This document shows, piece by piece, positions 26,029 through 38,789 of a stretch of 64,000 nt of DNA. Within the stretch, counting starts at the first letter, position 1; each line of letters begins with the position of its first letter. A program made the position numbers and the translations under genes. This DNA is from Lepidodermella squamata (Eukaryota > Animalia > Gastrotricha), in assembly GCA_047495785.1 (NCBI GenBank), contig JBLDXI010000010.1, positions 1,674,001 through 1,738,000 on the forward strand. Direction: 5' to 3'. The notes beneath the pieces were generated by a model that worked only from the letters and a program-made list of their open reading frames with translations, was not told where the DNA came from and did not search any database.

Positions 26029-26347
26029 CAGCGTGGTTTTAGTATTATCCTCAACTAGCCAATAAAAAATAATTTATTTTCAAAATGTTACTCAAGAATT
26101 GTTTGGTTTTCTGCAATCGTGGATCTTCATATTATGTCATAGCTACATAAGTCGTTCCAAAACAAAAATCATAGTGCAAAAAATGTGTAACAGAAGTGTT
26201 TTGAATTATGAAATTACCAGCTTGGCAGGAGCTGCAAAAAACACCTGCTCGCTAGGCACACAAAACGGGCAAAATATAATAATATGTGTATTCACTTTCC
26301 TGGCGATATTACCACTCAAGTTTTAATCGTAATATGTTCCATGCGAA

Positions 26348-27637
26348 ATGCTTGATCAAATGATGAAGATAATACTAGCAGCTTTATTACTTCCCTCCAT
26401 CTTAATGACTGGAAAGAGCAATGGCGAGTTGTCTAATACGGATCCGACGAAAACCTTCACCGGCTATTTCTTCTCGATATGCAAAGATTTCAAGGCATCA
26501 TGCGAGTTCCTACAGCAGAAGGCTGATGCGCCAAGGTCCATTGATTTGACTGGAAGCGTTCAGCCCGTTGAATTAGCTGTCGGCTTCACGCCAAAATCTT
26601 TCATAGGCATCAGCGATATTGAACAGAAGTTCTCAATGCAGGGTGTTGCTTCTGTTGAGTGGGAAACCAATATTGTTTGCCCAATTGTTGGCAAAGCTGA
26701 GCTCCTAGCGGAGAAGTATAATGCAACATCTTATAGTTCTTTCTGCGAATTCGAACCATCCGAAGTCTGGACCCCTCCACTCCACCATGCAAACAGAATT
26801 GGGAAAAACCCGTTCGATCAGTAATACACTTTTTCTGAGTTTTAGTTCATTTTTTGGTTTTTTTTCTTCAAAGGGAAACGACGGTGACAATAGATATGGA
26901 TATTGGAACCATGACCTGGGAAATTAGTTATCAATTCGAATCGTCCTGCTCCTTGTCATTTAGAAAGTAGGCGGAACCTACTTTTTTGCTAATCCAATTT
27001 CTTTATTCTTCATAGGTTTCCCTTCGATAGGCAAGTGTGCGAGATTGTACTTGAGGGCCGCCGAACGCAATACAAGGAGTTTCTACTCGATCCTGAACCA
27101 TACAGCCTTGTAACTTACTTCAACATGGACGCAGTGTTTGCGGCAAGTGATGTGTGGCGATTCGAAGCTATGCATCGGAATACGACTTACAGCAGGGCTC
27201 GTTTCATTTTCACGGTTAAACGCAGGCCGGAAACTTTCCTATACTCAATTTTCCTGCCGATCATATTGCTGTCAGTTCTTCAAATCGGAGCGTTTGCCCT
27301 AGCCCCAGATTCGTCGGACCGCGCTAGCTTTTCTGTAACGATTTTTCTGGCAACAGCTTTCTTTATGCAGTATTTCAACTCGATGCTGCCAATTACCCCG
27401 GAGGCTACCCTTCTAGGGACGAACTTGGCTTGTCAAATCACGATCGGAGTCACTGTAACCATGTATGCTCTGATAATGTGCCGCCTATGCAGTGGAAAAA
27501 ATCGAGGAATAATGAAGCGAAACTTATGCTTTAATGTGAAAGTTGTAAATGTTGTTGAAGGCTTTGCTGTGATTTCTACTCTACTAGCCTACGCTATCAT
27601 CGACATTTACACAGTTACGCAACTGATTACTGATTAA
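26348..27637 (+). CDS. Divergent pLGIC subunit (pLGIC-2), 3 exons
   Basis: Introns 26821-26873 and 26968-27015; VWTPPL; Cys-loop CSLSFRKFPFDRQVC; VKRRP; SDRASFSVT in M2. Confidence 0.9.
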
Positions 27638-28009
27638 TACGGTGTGAAATTATAAAATAGAAGAACTCAGCTCTGATATCTGCTTTCTTCACAAAGACCA
27701 CACTGAGAATAAAATGCCGCCAATTTTTAGGAACTAAAATGAATCACGCGTTCTTTGTCCTAACAGCGTTAGCAACTAGACTTACATTGCGAGTGGCTAA
27801 AACCGATTTTTGCAGCCTCAATCGTGTCTCCTGCTACTGACTCTACAATCGTAACGAAGAAAGCGTTTTTGTTTCGCGTGGAAATTGACCCTACATATTA
27901 TAGTATTATTAAAGATCACAAAAATTAGAGGTTTTGTGCGGTTTCCGAGAGGCTACCAAAAGGAGATGCATTTTTAAAGATGAATTCAGCTGATGTCAGC
28001 ATCTGCGCA

Positions 28010-28185
28010 ACGGCAGACCGCCATAACAGCGAATACCCGAAACAGCGAACGCGACAAAACAGCGAAAAATCTAATTTGCGACATAACAGCAATTTTAATA
28101 TCGCACATTACACAGCATTTTGGGGAGGATTTTTAGCTGTTTCGTCGCTTTCGCTGTTCTGCGCATTCGCTGTTTTGACGTCCTC
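28010..28185. repeat. Small foldback element of AACAGCGAA units
   Basis: ACAGCGAA repeats inverted to TTCGCTGTT repeats. Confidence 0.6.
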
Positions 28186-29485
28186 ACTGCGCAACATTAC
28201 ACAGGAATAGCACAAGAAATATTGGGGTGATTCATCTCAGTAAATGTGAAACGATGATCTTTGCCCTTCAGTTTTAGCCCTTAGTTTGACTTCAGTTTTT
28301 CGTGTCTGAAAAAGAACCTCTTAGTGCGGCGTCTTAACTACGTCACATGCAAATAGCCGATTCCTTAAACATATTTCACACGTATCAGAAAGCTTTTCCA
28401 TAGGTTGGCCAATGCATAAACATGGTACATGGTGTATATACATGTCACTGAATCGATGTCGCTGAATAAGATGGTGATTTCAGAATTGCCGCAACTATCA
28501 CCTATCATTGCTTTGAAGATATGAAGGTTTGCATAAAACTCATACTCGGACCTGATACACATGTTCTAGGGTAATATTTCAAGAGGAATTCAATGGTGCA
28601 CTTGGTTTCTATGTGAAGGTGACTCTTAAAACTCGAGTACATAGCCATGCTATCCAGCCGCCTTGGAGCCCAGTTTCTACATCATGTATAAACAGTTTAT
28701 AAATTTATGCATCGACCCAAAAAGGTATCTACAGTATAAACAGCTACAGCCACACTAGTTTCAAAAGTGTTGGCTGACTCATTTCTTTGTTCTTCTCATC
28801 AAATGTTTGTATAGCGCGTGAGGTTAAAAGCGGATCGAACTCCAGTCGTAAAAAAGTACACCCTGGCTAGATCTAAACTTACAAATGGGATAGATCGTAT
28901 GAGTTCGATCGTATGGTGAAATTAGGACTCACGCATGATCGATCAATAGATCCAATAGATCATAGATCCAGCCTATCAAATGGACAATAGATCATGAAAT
29001 AAGCAATTTCAGACAGACATTTTGCCATTTAGATCCACACACAATGTATTGAGCTCTGGATCTACTGATTTCCGACAGATCATTCAGAATCTGAAGAACA
29101 TGTCACGATGCGAAATTATTGATAAGACTAAAAGCGATTTCACTATCTGCTCGCAACTCACATTTGGCATAATCACTGTGATATAAATAGCATCTCAAAA
29201 TTATCCAACATATTTCGGCGTGAACGCATTGTATATTAAGTGAAAAATGTTAAGCCCACCTTTTTATGTTTTCATATATTATTTACCAGTCAATTGGCAC
29301 GAAATTTCTATGGCGCAAACATCTCGCCCCGCCTAATGTATCGAATATTTTGCGGGGATAATACTGTTAACAAGACGAGTAGCTAAGCGACATAGCAACT
29401 GAAAGCCTAAAGTGCAATATTTGTTAACCGCATAGCTAAGCATAACCTAATATCTCACACATCGACCGACTTTCATTTTTCGGCG

Positions 29486-32000
29486 ATGGATACCAAAAAG
29501 AACGACTTTGAAATCTACAGCTTGCATGTTACCGAAGATGACGCCGAGAGAGCGTCATTTCGGGATGTTAACACCGCTCAGTATTTGAAGAGTTTCTTCA
29601 GAGAAACTACCCTTCAGGGCCTCCCACCTCTCATACGGAATCGAGGTTTAGTGAAGAAACTCTTCTGGATTATAAGCATAGCTCTTTGTATCTACGGTGA
29701 GATTTCATTGGGTTTCTGTAAAATATAATGAGCTTCAAGTAATTTAATGACAGGTCTCTATGCTGAGATGAACATATTCCTGTCGGCGCTTTTCGACTGG
29801 ACCCCAGCTACGGCAGTTCAGATCACACAGCCAAGGTCAATTCACTTCCCAGCTGTCACGATTTGGTAAGCTGATTATTCAACCGCTCATTCATAGTTTT
29901 ATTTGATGATTTTACAGCAACTCCAATGCAGTAACTTCCGCCTGGTATCAGAAAAATGCGAACGCATCTATTGCAAAGGCGAAAGCTGAAGCTGCGGCCA
30001 AGCTTGCAATAGCTACAACAGCTAAGCCTGCTACAACAACGCAGAAAGCTAATTCTGGAACGGGCGGAAGTTCTGACGCTGTTGGGAATGCAACGTGTCC
30101 CATAATGCTTAACAGCTACACTGTTATGTCCGTTGCTTATCAGTTCGACGATAGCGAACGGGCGAAAGCAGGTGCCTAAGCCATGATTCCCTTTAATAAA
30201 GTCAATTTTTATCTTGAAGGCCACCAATTGTGCGATGTCGTCTTGGACTGCGCGTTTAATGGAAAACTTGCCAGCGTTGAAAAGTAAATTCTCAAGCAGT
30301 CTTTCACAGTTTAATAAACGTTTCACATTGAAGAGCATTTGATGGGCCATTTTGGAACCCTCTTCACGGCAATTGCTGGACCTTCAATCCGGGATATACT
30401 CAGACGGCTGATGACAGTTCTGTTACAGATCTTTGGGACGCCAAAGTTGGAACAGATGGCAGAGGTGTCCTCAAATCAACGCATGTTGGGAAAGGCTATG
30501 GATTGCGTCTATTACTGAATAGCGACATAGACAACTTCATTGAAGTCACTGGGACGTTTGGGTGGAAAATTTTGAGTACGCTGAAATTTTGAAGGTTGAA
30601 AACGTTTAATTCTCGATTTGCAGTTCATAACCAAACAACGATGCCGTTCCCTGAGTCTGAGGGGATTTTTGCAGCTCCTGGCTACTCGACCAACATACAA
30701 GTAACACAAAGTTACATAAAACGGCTCGGCCAAGTTGACAATCGTGCGTTTAGTCTCGAAATCACTAGAAATCGCCATCTTACGATATTTTTCAGTATTC
30801 TACAGGAGTGATTACAGCGATTGCGTCGATGAGACTAAATGGTACCCGGATGACAAGAGGAATGCCTACACAAATGTGAGACAGATTCTCTATAACAAAG
30901 AAACTTGCCTGCGAACATGCTACCAGCGAAATGGTCAGTTTTAATTCTTCCTGAAACGTTGAAGAATATAAATGATTTTGTTTAGTAATGCAAGCGTGTG
31001 GCTGCTATGACTACAGCGTTGCCTTCAAAGGTTCAGCCTATAGCGACATTCCAGGTTACAGCTCTATGAAACTGTGCTCGCTCTTCGACTCGCCAGCTTG
31101 GGCTTGTAAAAACGGTGTTTTCAGCGATTTTATAGATGAAAAGTTGACTTGCGACTGCCCTGACGCCTGCTTGTAGGTTTCTTCAACGAATATTGTTGAA
31201 ATTACTTCATTGTTATTAAATCAGGACCTATTCGTTTGATACTTCAATTTCCGCAGAAAAATGGCCAGTTCCAAAGAAGGACAATACTGTTTCACTGTGC
31301 CACACCATACACGACATACTCGGGGCTTTGGTTGACAAAAGTGGAACGTGTAAAACTGACTCCCTTCTCAGGGCCGCATATCTTGCCGGTCAACCTGTCG
31401 GTGAAATCGAGGACATTGTCAATAAATGTATCGATACAAATGAAACCGATCCTGACTACTGGGTCAACACAGCAAATTCGGTTGTAGGCAAGCGATTCGG
31501 TGAAGTCTACATTTATTACAAGACCTTTGACTACGAGTCTGTCACCGAGTCTGAAACATATGCTTTCGCTGATGTTATCGCATATATTGGCGGAATAATA
31601 GGTAATGAATAACCTAACCAAATTCTAACGTTGGCTTGTTTCTGTATGTGAAGGTCTATTCTTCGGGTTCACCTTTCTCACCCTCTGCGAATACATCCTT
31701 CTCATCGTTGACCTGATCGGGATCGCCTTTGTCAAGCTTTACCATCGAATTAAGGGCAGCAAAACCATTGGCAGTGCAAAGGTGTCGTTTATAGATTCGC
31801 GCAGAGTCAGCCTGAGGTTTGCCCCGGAATTCGAGACCATTTCCCATGTAATCCGTTTAAATATTAACAGGCAATCATTCGCAAGCAGCACTGATGGCAT
31901 TCGTAAGACCCAGTATCCGTCAATTGTTAGCCCTCCTCTCCAGTCTCAGGCTCCCTACCCGCAGTATCCCCATGGTTCGAGTCCGCATTACGGATTTTGA
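29486..32000 (+). CDS. DEG/ENaC (amiloride-sensitive channel family) subunit A, multi-exon
   Basis: FFRETTLQG, TM1, FPAVTICN, GNCWTFN, GYGLRL, Cys-rich thumb and YIGGIIGLFFGFTFLTLCEY TM2; about 50-nt introns. Confidence 0.9.
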
Positions 32001-32590
32001 AAAACCTCCAGTATTTGAATGTTGTGATATTTCGTGAAAACGTATCAATCTTTGATGCGATTGTGCAGTGACATCCATTTCAGTGGTTCAAGTAAAACTA
32101 TAAGTAGCTCATTATTGGCAATGTAATTACGCTCGTTTTTGTTAGTAAAGCTCCAGTTATACAGCGACACGGATGTAGAAACGGGCTAATTGCTTTTCCA
32201 AAGGAAATAGAGACACGATTCGAGTGAATTTTCTCGCTTTGTCTTTTATGACAATCAGCCGAGTTGTTATGAAATCGGTGAACAATCAAAATTGTGATCA
32301 CCAAGCCGAATTGATCAGTGCTGATCAGTCCGTGTTGGTTTTTTTGTTTAATTTTTCCAGCTTAATCAATCATTTATCAAATGCGGAGACGCTAAGTGCT
32401 TCAAAAAAAAAACAACTCATCCCAAGAGATCGCTATAAACGTTAACCAGTTTTATGACGTTTGCATGATGTCCCCACGCTATTTGGGGGCTAAGTGCTAG
32501 CCGGCCCGTGGCAACTAAAATGTAACTATGCGTTAAAAAAAATTCGGCAACCACTGCTCATTCTGTTTTTGAAGCTGTGGAATATCCAGC

Positions 32591-35231
32591 ATGATGGATT
32601 CCAAACACGAGAACATCGAGTTCTACAGCCTACATGTTACCGAAGAGGATGCAGAACGGGTTTCGTTTCGAAGCGTCAACGTTGTGCGGTACTTGAGGAG
32701 TTTCTTTCGAGAAACCACCTTGCAAGGCATCCCTCATCTCATTCGACAAAGAGGTTTGCCTTTGTTCATTCACGAATTACCATTCATTTTCTCTTAAAAT
32801 CAGGTCTCATCAAGAAGGCCTTTTGGATCATAAGTATCGCTCTATGCGTTTATGGTAAGCTTTAAATGCAGAAATTTGAAATGCGATTGGTTTACTCTTA
32901 ACAGGTCTCTATGCTGAGATGAACATATTCGTATCATCTCTCCTCGATTGGACCCCGGCTACTGCAGTCCGAATCACGCAGCCAAGATCGATATATTTTC
33001 CAGCGGTGACAATTTGGTGAGTTTCCACACAATAAATACCGCTTTCAAAATCAATCTTTCTACAGCAATTCGAATGCGGTGAACTCAGCTTGGTACTCTG
33101 CAAATTCAAATGCTTCAATCGCCAAGGCGAAAGCAATCGCCGCTGCTAGAATTGCAGCTATGACTACGGCTAAGCCTACAACAACGACGACAACAACTAC
33201 TCAAGCTACGAAATCTTCGGCTGCGGCATCACAAGGAGGGAGTGCGGACGCGGTCGGCAATGCCACTTGCCCTCTGATGTTGAACAGCTATACTGTCATG
33301 TCAGTTGCATATCAGTTCGATGATACTGAACGTTCCAAAGCAGGTAAGAAATGAGTCTGAAGTTGCTCTTCGACCTTTTAAACCTCATCTCAAAGGACAC
33401 CAACTTTGCGACATCGCCCTGGACTGCGCTTTCAATGGGAAAATGTGCACTGTTGGAAGGTAATTGTTGATGATGCTGAATCTCAGAACTCTCAATTTTG
33501 TATTCCATTCTAGTGCCTTTGGTCCACCGTTTTGGAACCCGCTGCACGGAAACTGTTGGACCTTCAACCCAGGCTATTCTCAAACAGCGGAAGACAGCTC
33601 GAAGCAAGATCTCTGGGATGCCAAAGTCGGTCCGAATGGCAAAGGGGTTCTCAAATCAACCCATGTTGGGAAAGGCTACGGTCTCCGCTTGACTCTTAAC
33701 AGTGATATTGATAATTTCGTCGAGGTTACCGGAACTTTTGGCTGGAAAATTTTAAGTAAGATTACTTATTTTTTCATAGATTCCTCATTTTTCTTGTATC
33801 CATAGTTCACAATCAGACTACAATGCCTTTTCCTGAGGCTGAAGGCGTCTTCGCAGCGCCGGGTTACTCAACAAATATTCAGATCACGCAAAGTTACATC
33901 AAACGTCTTGGCAAAGTCGACAATCGTAAGTCACAGCTATCCCTCTAAATCGTATTCCTAAATTGCTTGCCCCTAGTTTTCTACTCTGGACAATACAGTG
34001 ACTGTGTTGATGAAACAAAATGGTACCCAGATGACCCCCGAAATGCCTACACTAACAATCGCGAAATTCTGTACACCAAAGAGGCTTGTCTGAGGACGTG
34101 CTATCAAAGAAATGGTATGACTTGAATTACCCGAAAGAAATACGAAGAATCACTTACATTTCAGTAATGCTAACCTGTGGTTGCTATGACTTTAGCGTAG
34201 CCTATAAAGGCTCAGCTTTTAAGGACATTCCTGGTTACAGCACTATGGGACTTTGCTCGTTTTTCGATACTCCTCTCTGTAAGTTATCGCCGCTGAGAAA
34301 TCTCAAAATACTACTATTTTTCGATCAGGGAAATGCAAACACGCTGTTTTTACCGATTTCATTGACGAAAAGCTGTCTTGCGATTGCCCAGATGCTTGCT
34401 TGTAAGTCGCCCCGACAATTGAGTCAACATTCTGTTGAAACTCGGGATTGTTTAGGACTTACTCGTTTGACGTATCAGTTTCAGCCGAAAAGTGGCCCGT
34501 CCCTAGACAGGAGAACACTGTCAATGTCTGCCACAGTCTCCACGACATCATGGACGCTCTGGTTTACCAAAACGGCTCTTGCAAAACCGACTCACTTATC
34601 CGAACTGCGTATCTCGCTGGGAAAACTGTTGGCGAGATTGAAGATATAGTTAAGAAGTGCATAAATACAAATGAGACGAGCCCTGACTATTGGGTCAATA
34701 CAGCCAGTACGGTTCTAGGCAAAAGATTCGGCGAAGTTTACATCTATTACAAAACATTCGACTACCAATCCGTTATCGAATCAGAGACCTACGCGTTTGC
34801 TGACGTTATTGCTTATATTGGTGGCATCATAGGTATGACAATCCTTACATTAAAGGAACAATTTAAGAGTTATGATATACAGGCCTATTCTTTGGGTTCA
34901 CCTTTCTCACCCTTTGCGAATATATCCTTCTGTTGGTTGACCTTGTTGGGATCGGCTGTGTCAAGCTTTATCATCGCATCAAGGGCAACAATACTATTGG
35001 AAGTGCCTCAAGCAAGGCTTCTTTTATTGATTCGCGAAGAGTTAGCCTCAGGTAATTTTCGGAATTAAGCTATTCAATTATTAATATGTTTTACTTTTTT
35101 CAAGGCAATCCTTCGCCATTTACAGCAGTGGTAAACAGCCGTCATACCCGTCTATTAAAAGCCCCCCGCTAGCGGCTCAGCCTCCCTACTCACAAAATCC
35201 CAGCGGGCCGAATCTGCAATATCGATTCTAA
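32591..35231 (+). CDS. DEG/ENaC subunit B, tandem paralog of A
   Basis: Same motifs and exon order, plus two extra introns and a poly-Thr insert. Confidence 0.9.
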
Positions 35232-35449
35232 ATTTGCAGTGAATCGCCGTTCTATAAACCATTTATCTCAACGTGTCGATGTTCACCTAATTCCAACAAA
35301 GGATTTTAGATTAATGACTTTAAAATTTGCTGTGAACTGTTTCTATCAGAACTATGAAGTCTTAGCTAGAATCGTTGAATAAAAACTTATGTTTCGTCCA
35401 TGACTTTTATTTAGAAGAAATCTTCGGCTCCATTTCTCAGCGAATGTTC

Positions 35450-36030
35450 AGGTTGATCAGAGGCCATGGACTTTACGGTAACCTCTTTCTTCGATGCGCT
35501 GTTTGCAGTTTTAATCTTCCTTACCGATACTGAGGGAATTTTGGATATTTCTGTAGCTGCCTCTCCTAGACTCTTTTAAACTAGCAAAAGAACCCGCTGT
35601 AGGGGCTCCTATATATGATTTAGGCAGTGTGGTAGCCTCGGTAGTGGATTTTGATTCAGGTTTCAGGTTTCTTAGTTTCTGATGTGGTTTCTGTTGTTTC
35701 AGCCTGTTCATTGTGGTACTTAGGACGGGAGTAGATGTTTTTCTCTAATCTATAATCAGAGAGAATTGAGTCCAAGTTCATGCTATTCGCGTTACCTAGT
35801 CTCTTTGTTGTACTGCTGGTCCCTTATACTGCCATTGTAGTTTGCTTACCATTAACCTTTGTCCCGGTTTTATCAATGAGTTATGCGCCAACGTGTTATC
35901 AGCATTCGCGTCCGTTGGGCTTAAATTAGGACGTTTGGTATTTTTGCAAGGCTCTATCGTAGTCTCAGAACTTCTCGGCTTTCAAGTTATTAGTTTTTCA
36001 TCGGAGGATTCCGCCGTTGTCCGCTGATCA
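35450..36030 (-). pseudogene. Decayed Ser/Thr/Pro-rich (mucin-like linker) exons
   Basis: Fragments such as ESKSTTEATTLPKS and RSSETTIEP interrupted by stops. Confidence 0.3.
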
Positions 36031-36502
36031 ATTCGAAACAATTACTGATGCCCAAGAGATCAAGCTCAACACCAAGCGGGCTCAAAAAATGTCTACCGAA
36101 CTCGTCGGAGGAAAATCGCTCCCGATTCATCTTCATGAGAATACATCAGTCATCGAATTATTCGAAAATCAAGATCTAGACCTTATGATTGTTAGCCCTT
36201 ATTATTAGTATTTTATTCACTGCATAATGCATATTTTAACCTTTTGCTAAGGATTATTATTTGAATGATATGGTTCTAGTTCTTTGGAGATTCGTCCTAC
36301 TTATATATAGCAACCGTAAATAGGCTGAATGAGCGGGCGAAATCGGAAGCCCGGCCACTCTACTCATATCGACTAGCAATCAATTAGACACACAGCCAGC
36401 ATAAAAAATGGTAATGTGAGGTTGCGATGCCGTACCTGCTGTGCCTTGGTGATATTCTAGCATTCTAGCTATGTCCACACGGCAATTTAGCTGGTTATAG
36501 GT

Positions 36503-37775
36503 ATGCAGGAACTAGTTTCGCTTTTTCTCATGAGTTTCTGGGCAGCCGGAGACACGGCAGCCGAAGATTTGCCAAACGAGATACCTTTAGAAAAAGCTTT
36601 CGATTTGTTTTGCCCGGAAGCAGCTTCCACGTCCATGCCGTCAACTTGGTTCATAAAAAGACGCCAGCCTTTGGTTGTGGACGTTGAATTTTCCCTTTTC
36701 CGATTCATGGGAATTGATGACCTCTCTCAAAGGTGAGAAATTAACCGGGTATATTTCGCTTTGAGTAAATTATTTTTAAAAGTCTATCTTTGATGGCGCT
36801 GTTTGCCTTTTCATGGCACCCTACGTGTCCAAGACCGACATGTATTGATTTGTATCGAAATGAAACACTGTGCAAAGAGTTCGATTCCCATCCGAACCGA
36901 GAGAATACCTATATTCAAAGACTCGCTGGATCGGCATGGTTGCCCCAATTCAGCCATATTAATGCTCTGAGTAATCCTCGAACTCTGCTGACGTAATCTT
37001 GACACTACCTACATTTAATATTCGATCAAAGTATTTTCACAGGAACAAGCAGCTAAAGGTCTACATCTACCCATTTTGGGACAACAGTTTTGTAGCCTTC
37101 GACTTTGTCCGCTTGGACTCGGTTTGCGATCAATTTTCATTCGCAAAATTCCCATTCGATTCGCTTGAATGCTCGCTCATTTTCGACAGCGATGACAATT
37201 CCGCAATGATTGCTTTCAATATTACGGTTTTCGGTATAGACGAAGGCGCAACTGACAGTTTCATCAGCGACACCGATATTTGGACCTTCGAATGTTGCGG
37301 AACAGCTCGAATCGCCAATTCAAATCAAACATCAGAGAACAACGTTCCCCGGCTGATATTTCCGGTCAAGTTCAAACGTAGGGCAGACTATTTTATAGTA
37401 AACATTTTTCTGCCAGTAATCTCGCTGTATGTACTTCAAATTTCAACACTGATCATGACGCCCGATGTCCCGGATCGAGCAAATATTGGCGTCACTCTGG
37501 TTCTAGCTTTCTCAGTTATTCTGTCACTTGTCTACAGTAACATTCCCAGAACATCAGAAACAGTATACCTCGTGAAAATTGTCACGTTCAAATTTACTAT
37601 GGGACTTATTTTGAGTTTTTACGAGTTGCTAACTTTCGCTGTGTCAGCCCATCGGTTCGAAACAGGAAAGTTGTCCATGAAAGTGCTACGCATCGCTGAT
37701 TTCAGCTTTTCAGTTGGCGTAATTCTGATCAGTGTCATTGTTGATGGGTATTATTTCGGTAAAATGATGGAATGA
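36503..37775 (+). CDS. Divergent pLGIC subunit (pLGIC-3), 3 exons
   Basis: Introns about 36733-36782 and 36993-37043; CDQFSFAKFPFDSLEC; VPDRANIGVTLVL. Confidence 0.9.
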
Positions 37776-38789
37776 AATGTTTGTAAATTTATAATGCTTC
37801 TAAACATTCTACAACTGTAAATGTTCTAACTGAAAAATCGCAACCTATTTTTATATGAGCCTTTTACGAATAAAACAATTTTCGAATAAAATAATTTGTT
37901 TGGGACTGCTCAACAAACGGAAGCTTTCGTCATGAGGGCCTTCCTATTCTTCATGATACATAGTCTTCTGAAGCCCTGTTATTGTAACTTTACTTTGCAG
38001 ATAGCCCGTAGAAAAATGTTTATCCGGGTTGATCCGAACTGAGAAAAGTCATAGTAAGCGGGGAAAAGAAACTAATGCGTGGAAGAGGTCCCATGAATTT
38101 TATTGTATATTAAACGAAACAATAATATAATTTTGCTACTGACAACCATGCAGACAACCATACAGACAACCATAAAATTCCGGTTCGCAATTGAACTCTT
38201 GTGGCGAAAGACGATAGACTTCGATTTTCCTCTATGCTTCACTTCTACGGAACATTTCTTCATCTTTTCCGGGGATCACTTCGACAAACATCATTTTTGC
38301 TAGACATTTATTCTCATTGCCATTTGTCAACTGGAGCTTCATGATCGGAAAAATGTCAACTTCGATTGTTGACCGTGGCCGCCAACCTGCGGGAATGCCG
38401 TTATAGTGCCGCTTTTTCGAACTTCCGCATAAAATTCAGTTATGACGGTGTGCAATAAATTTTACCGAGCAAGCATCAATTTTCCTAATGCTCACTTAGT
38501 ATTGATCGCAGGTATTAATGGCTAGGATGTCATTGGTCTGGAGATCCAAAGTTCCGATTATGGGAGCTTTATTCTAGTATGTATGGGATTTGGGGATTTA
38601 GGAGGTGACGTAGGGGATTATCACAGTGTATGGGATTTGTTTGCCACACTCCAAACCTCTTTCCTATGAACCAACTTTAATCTGCGATAAAAAAGATTGA
38701 AACCGTCCGCAGTCGTGGGGCAATTGCAATCTTAGCAGCTAATGACCTGTATATTATTGCTCAGATCTATTGTGAATCTTTGCTTTAAG

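Noticed and set aside
28860-29090. GATC-dense stretch
   Set aside because: No clear period or boundaries; likely an old repeat
37285-37305. Vicinal CC in pLGIC-3 as an alpha-nAChR signature
   Set aside because: It lies just after the beta-9 Trp rather than at the loop-C tip, paralogs have GC, and the aromatic box is missing
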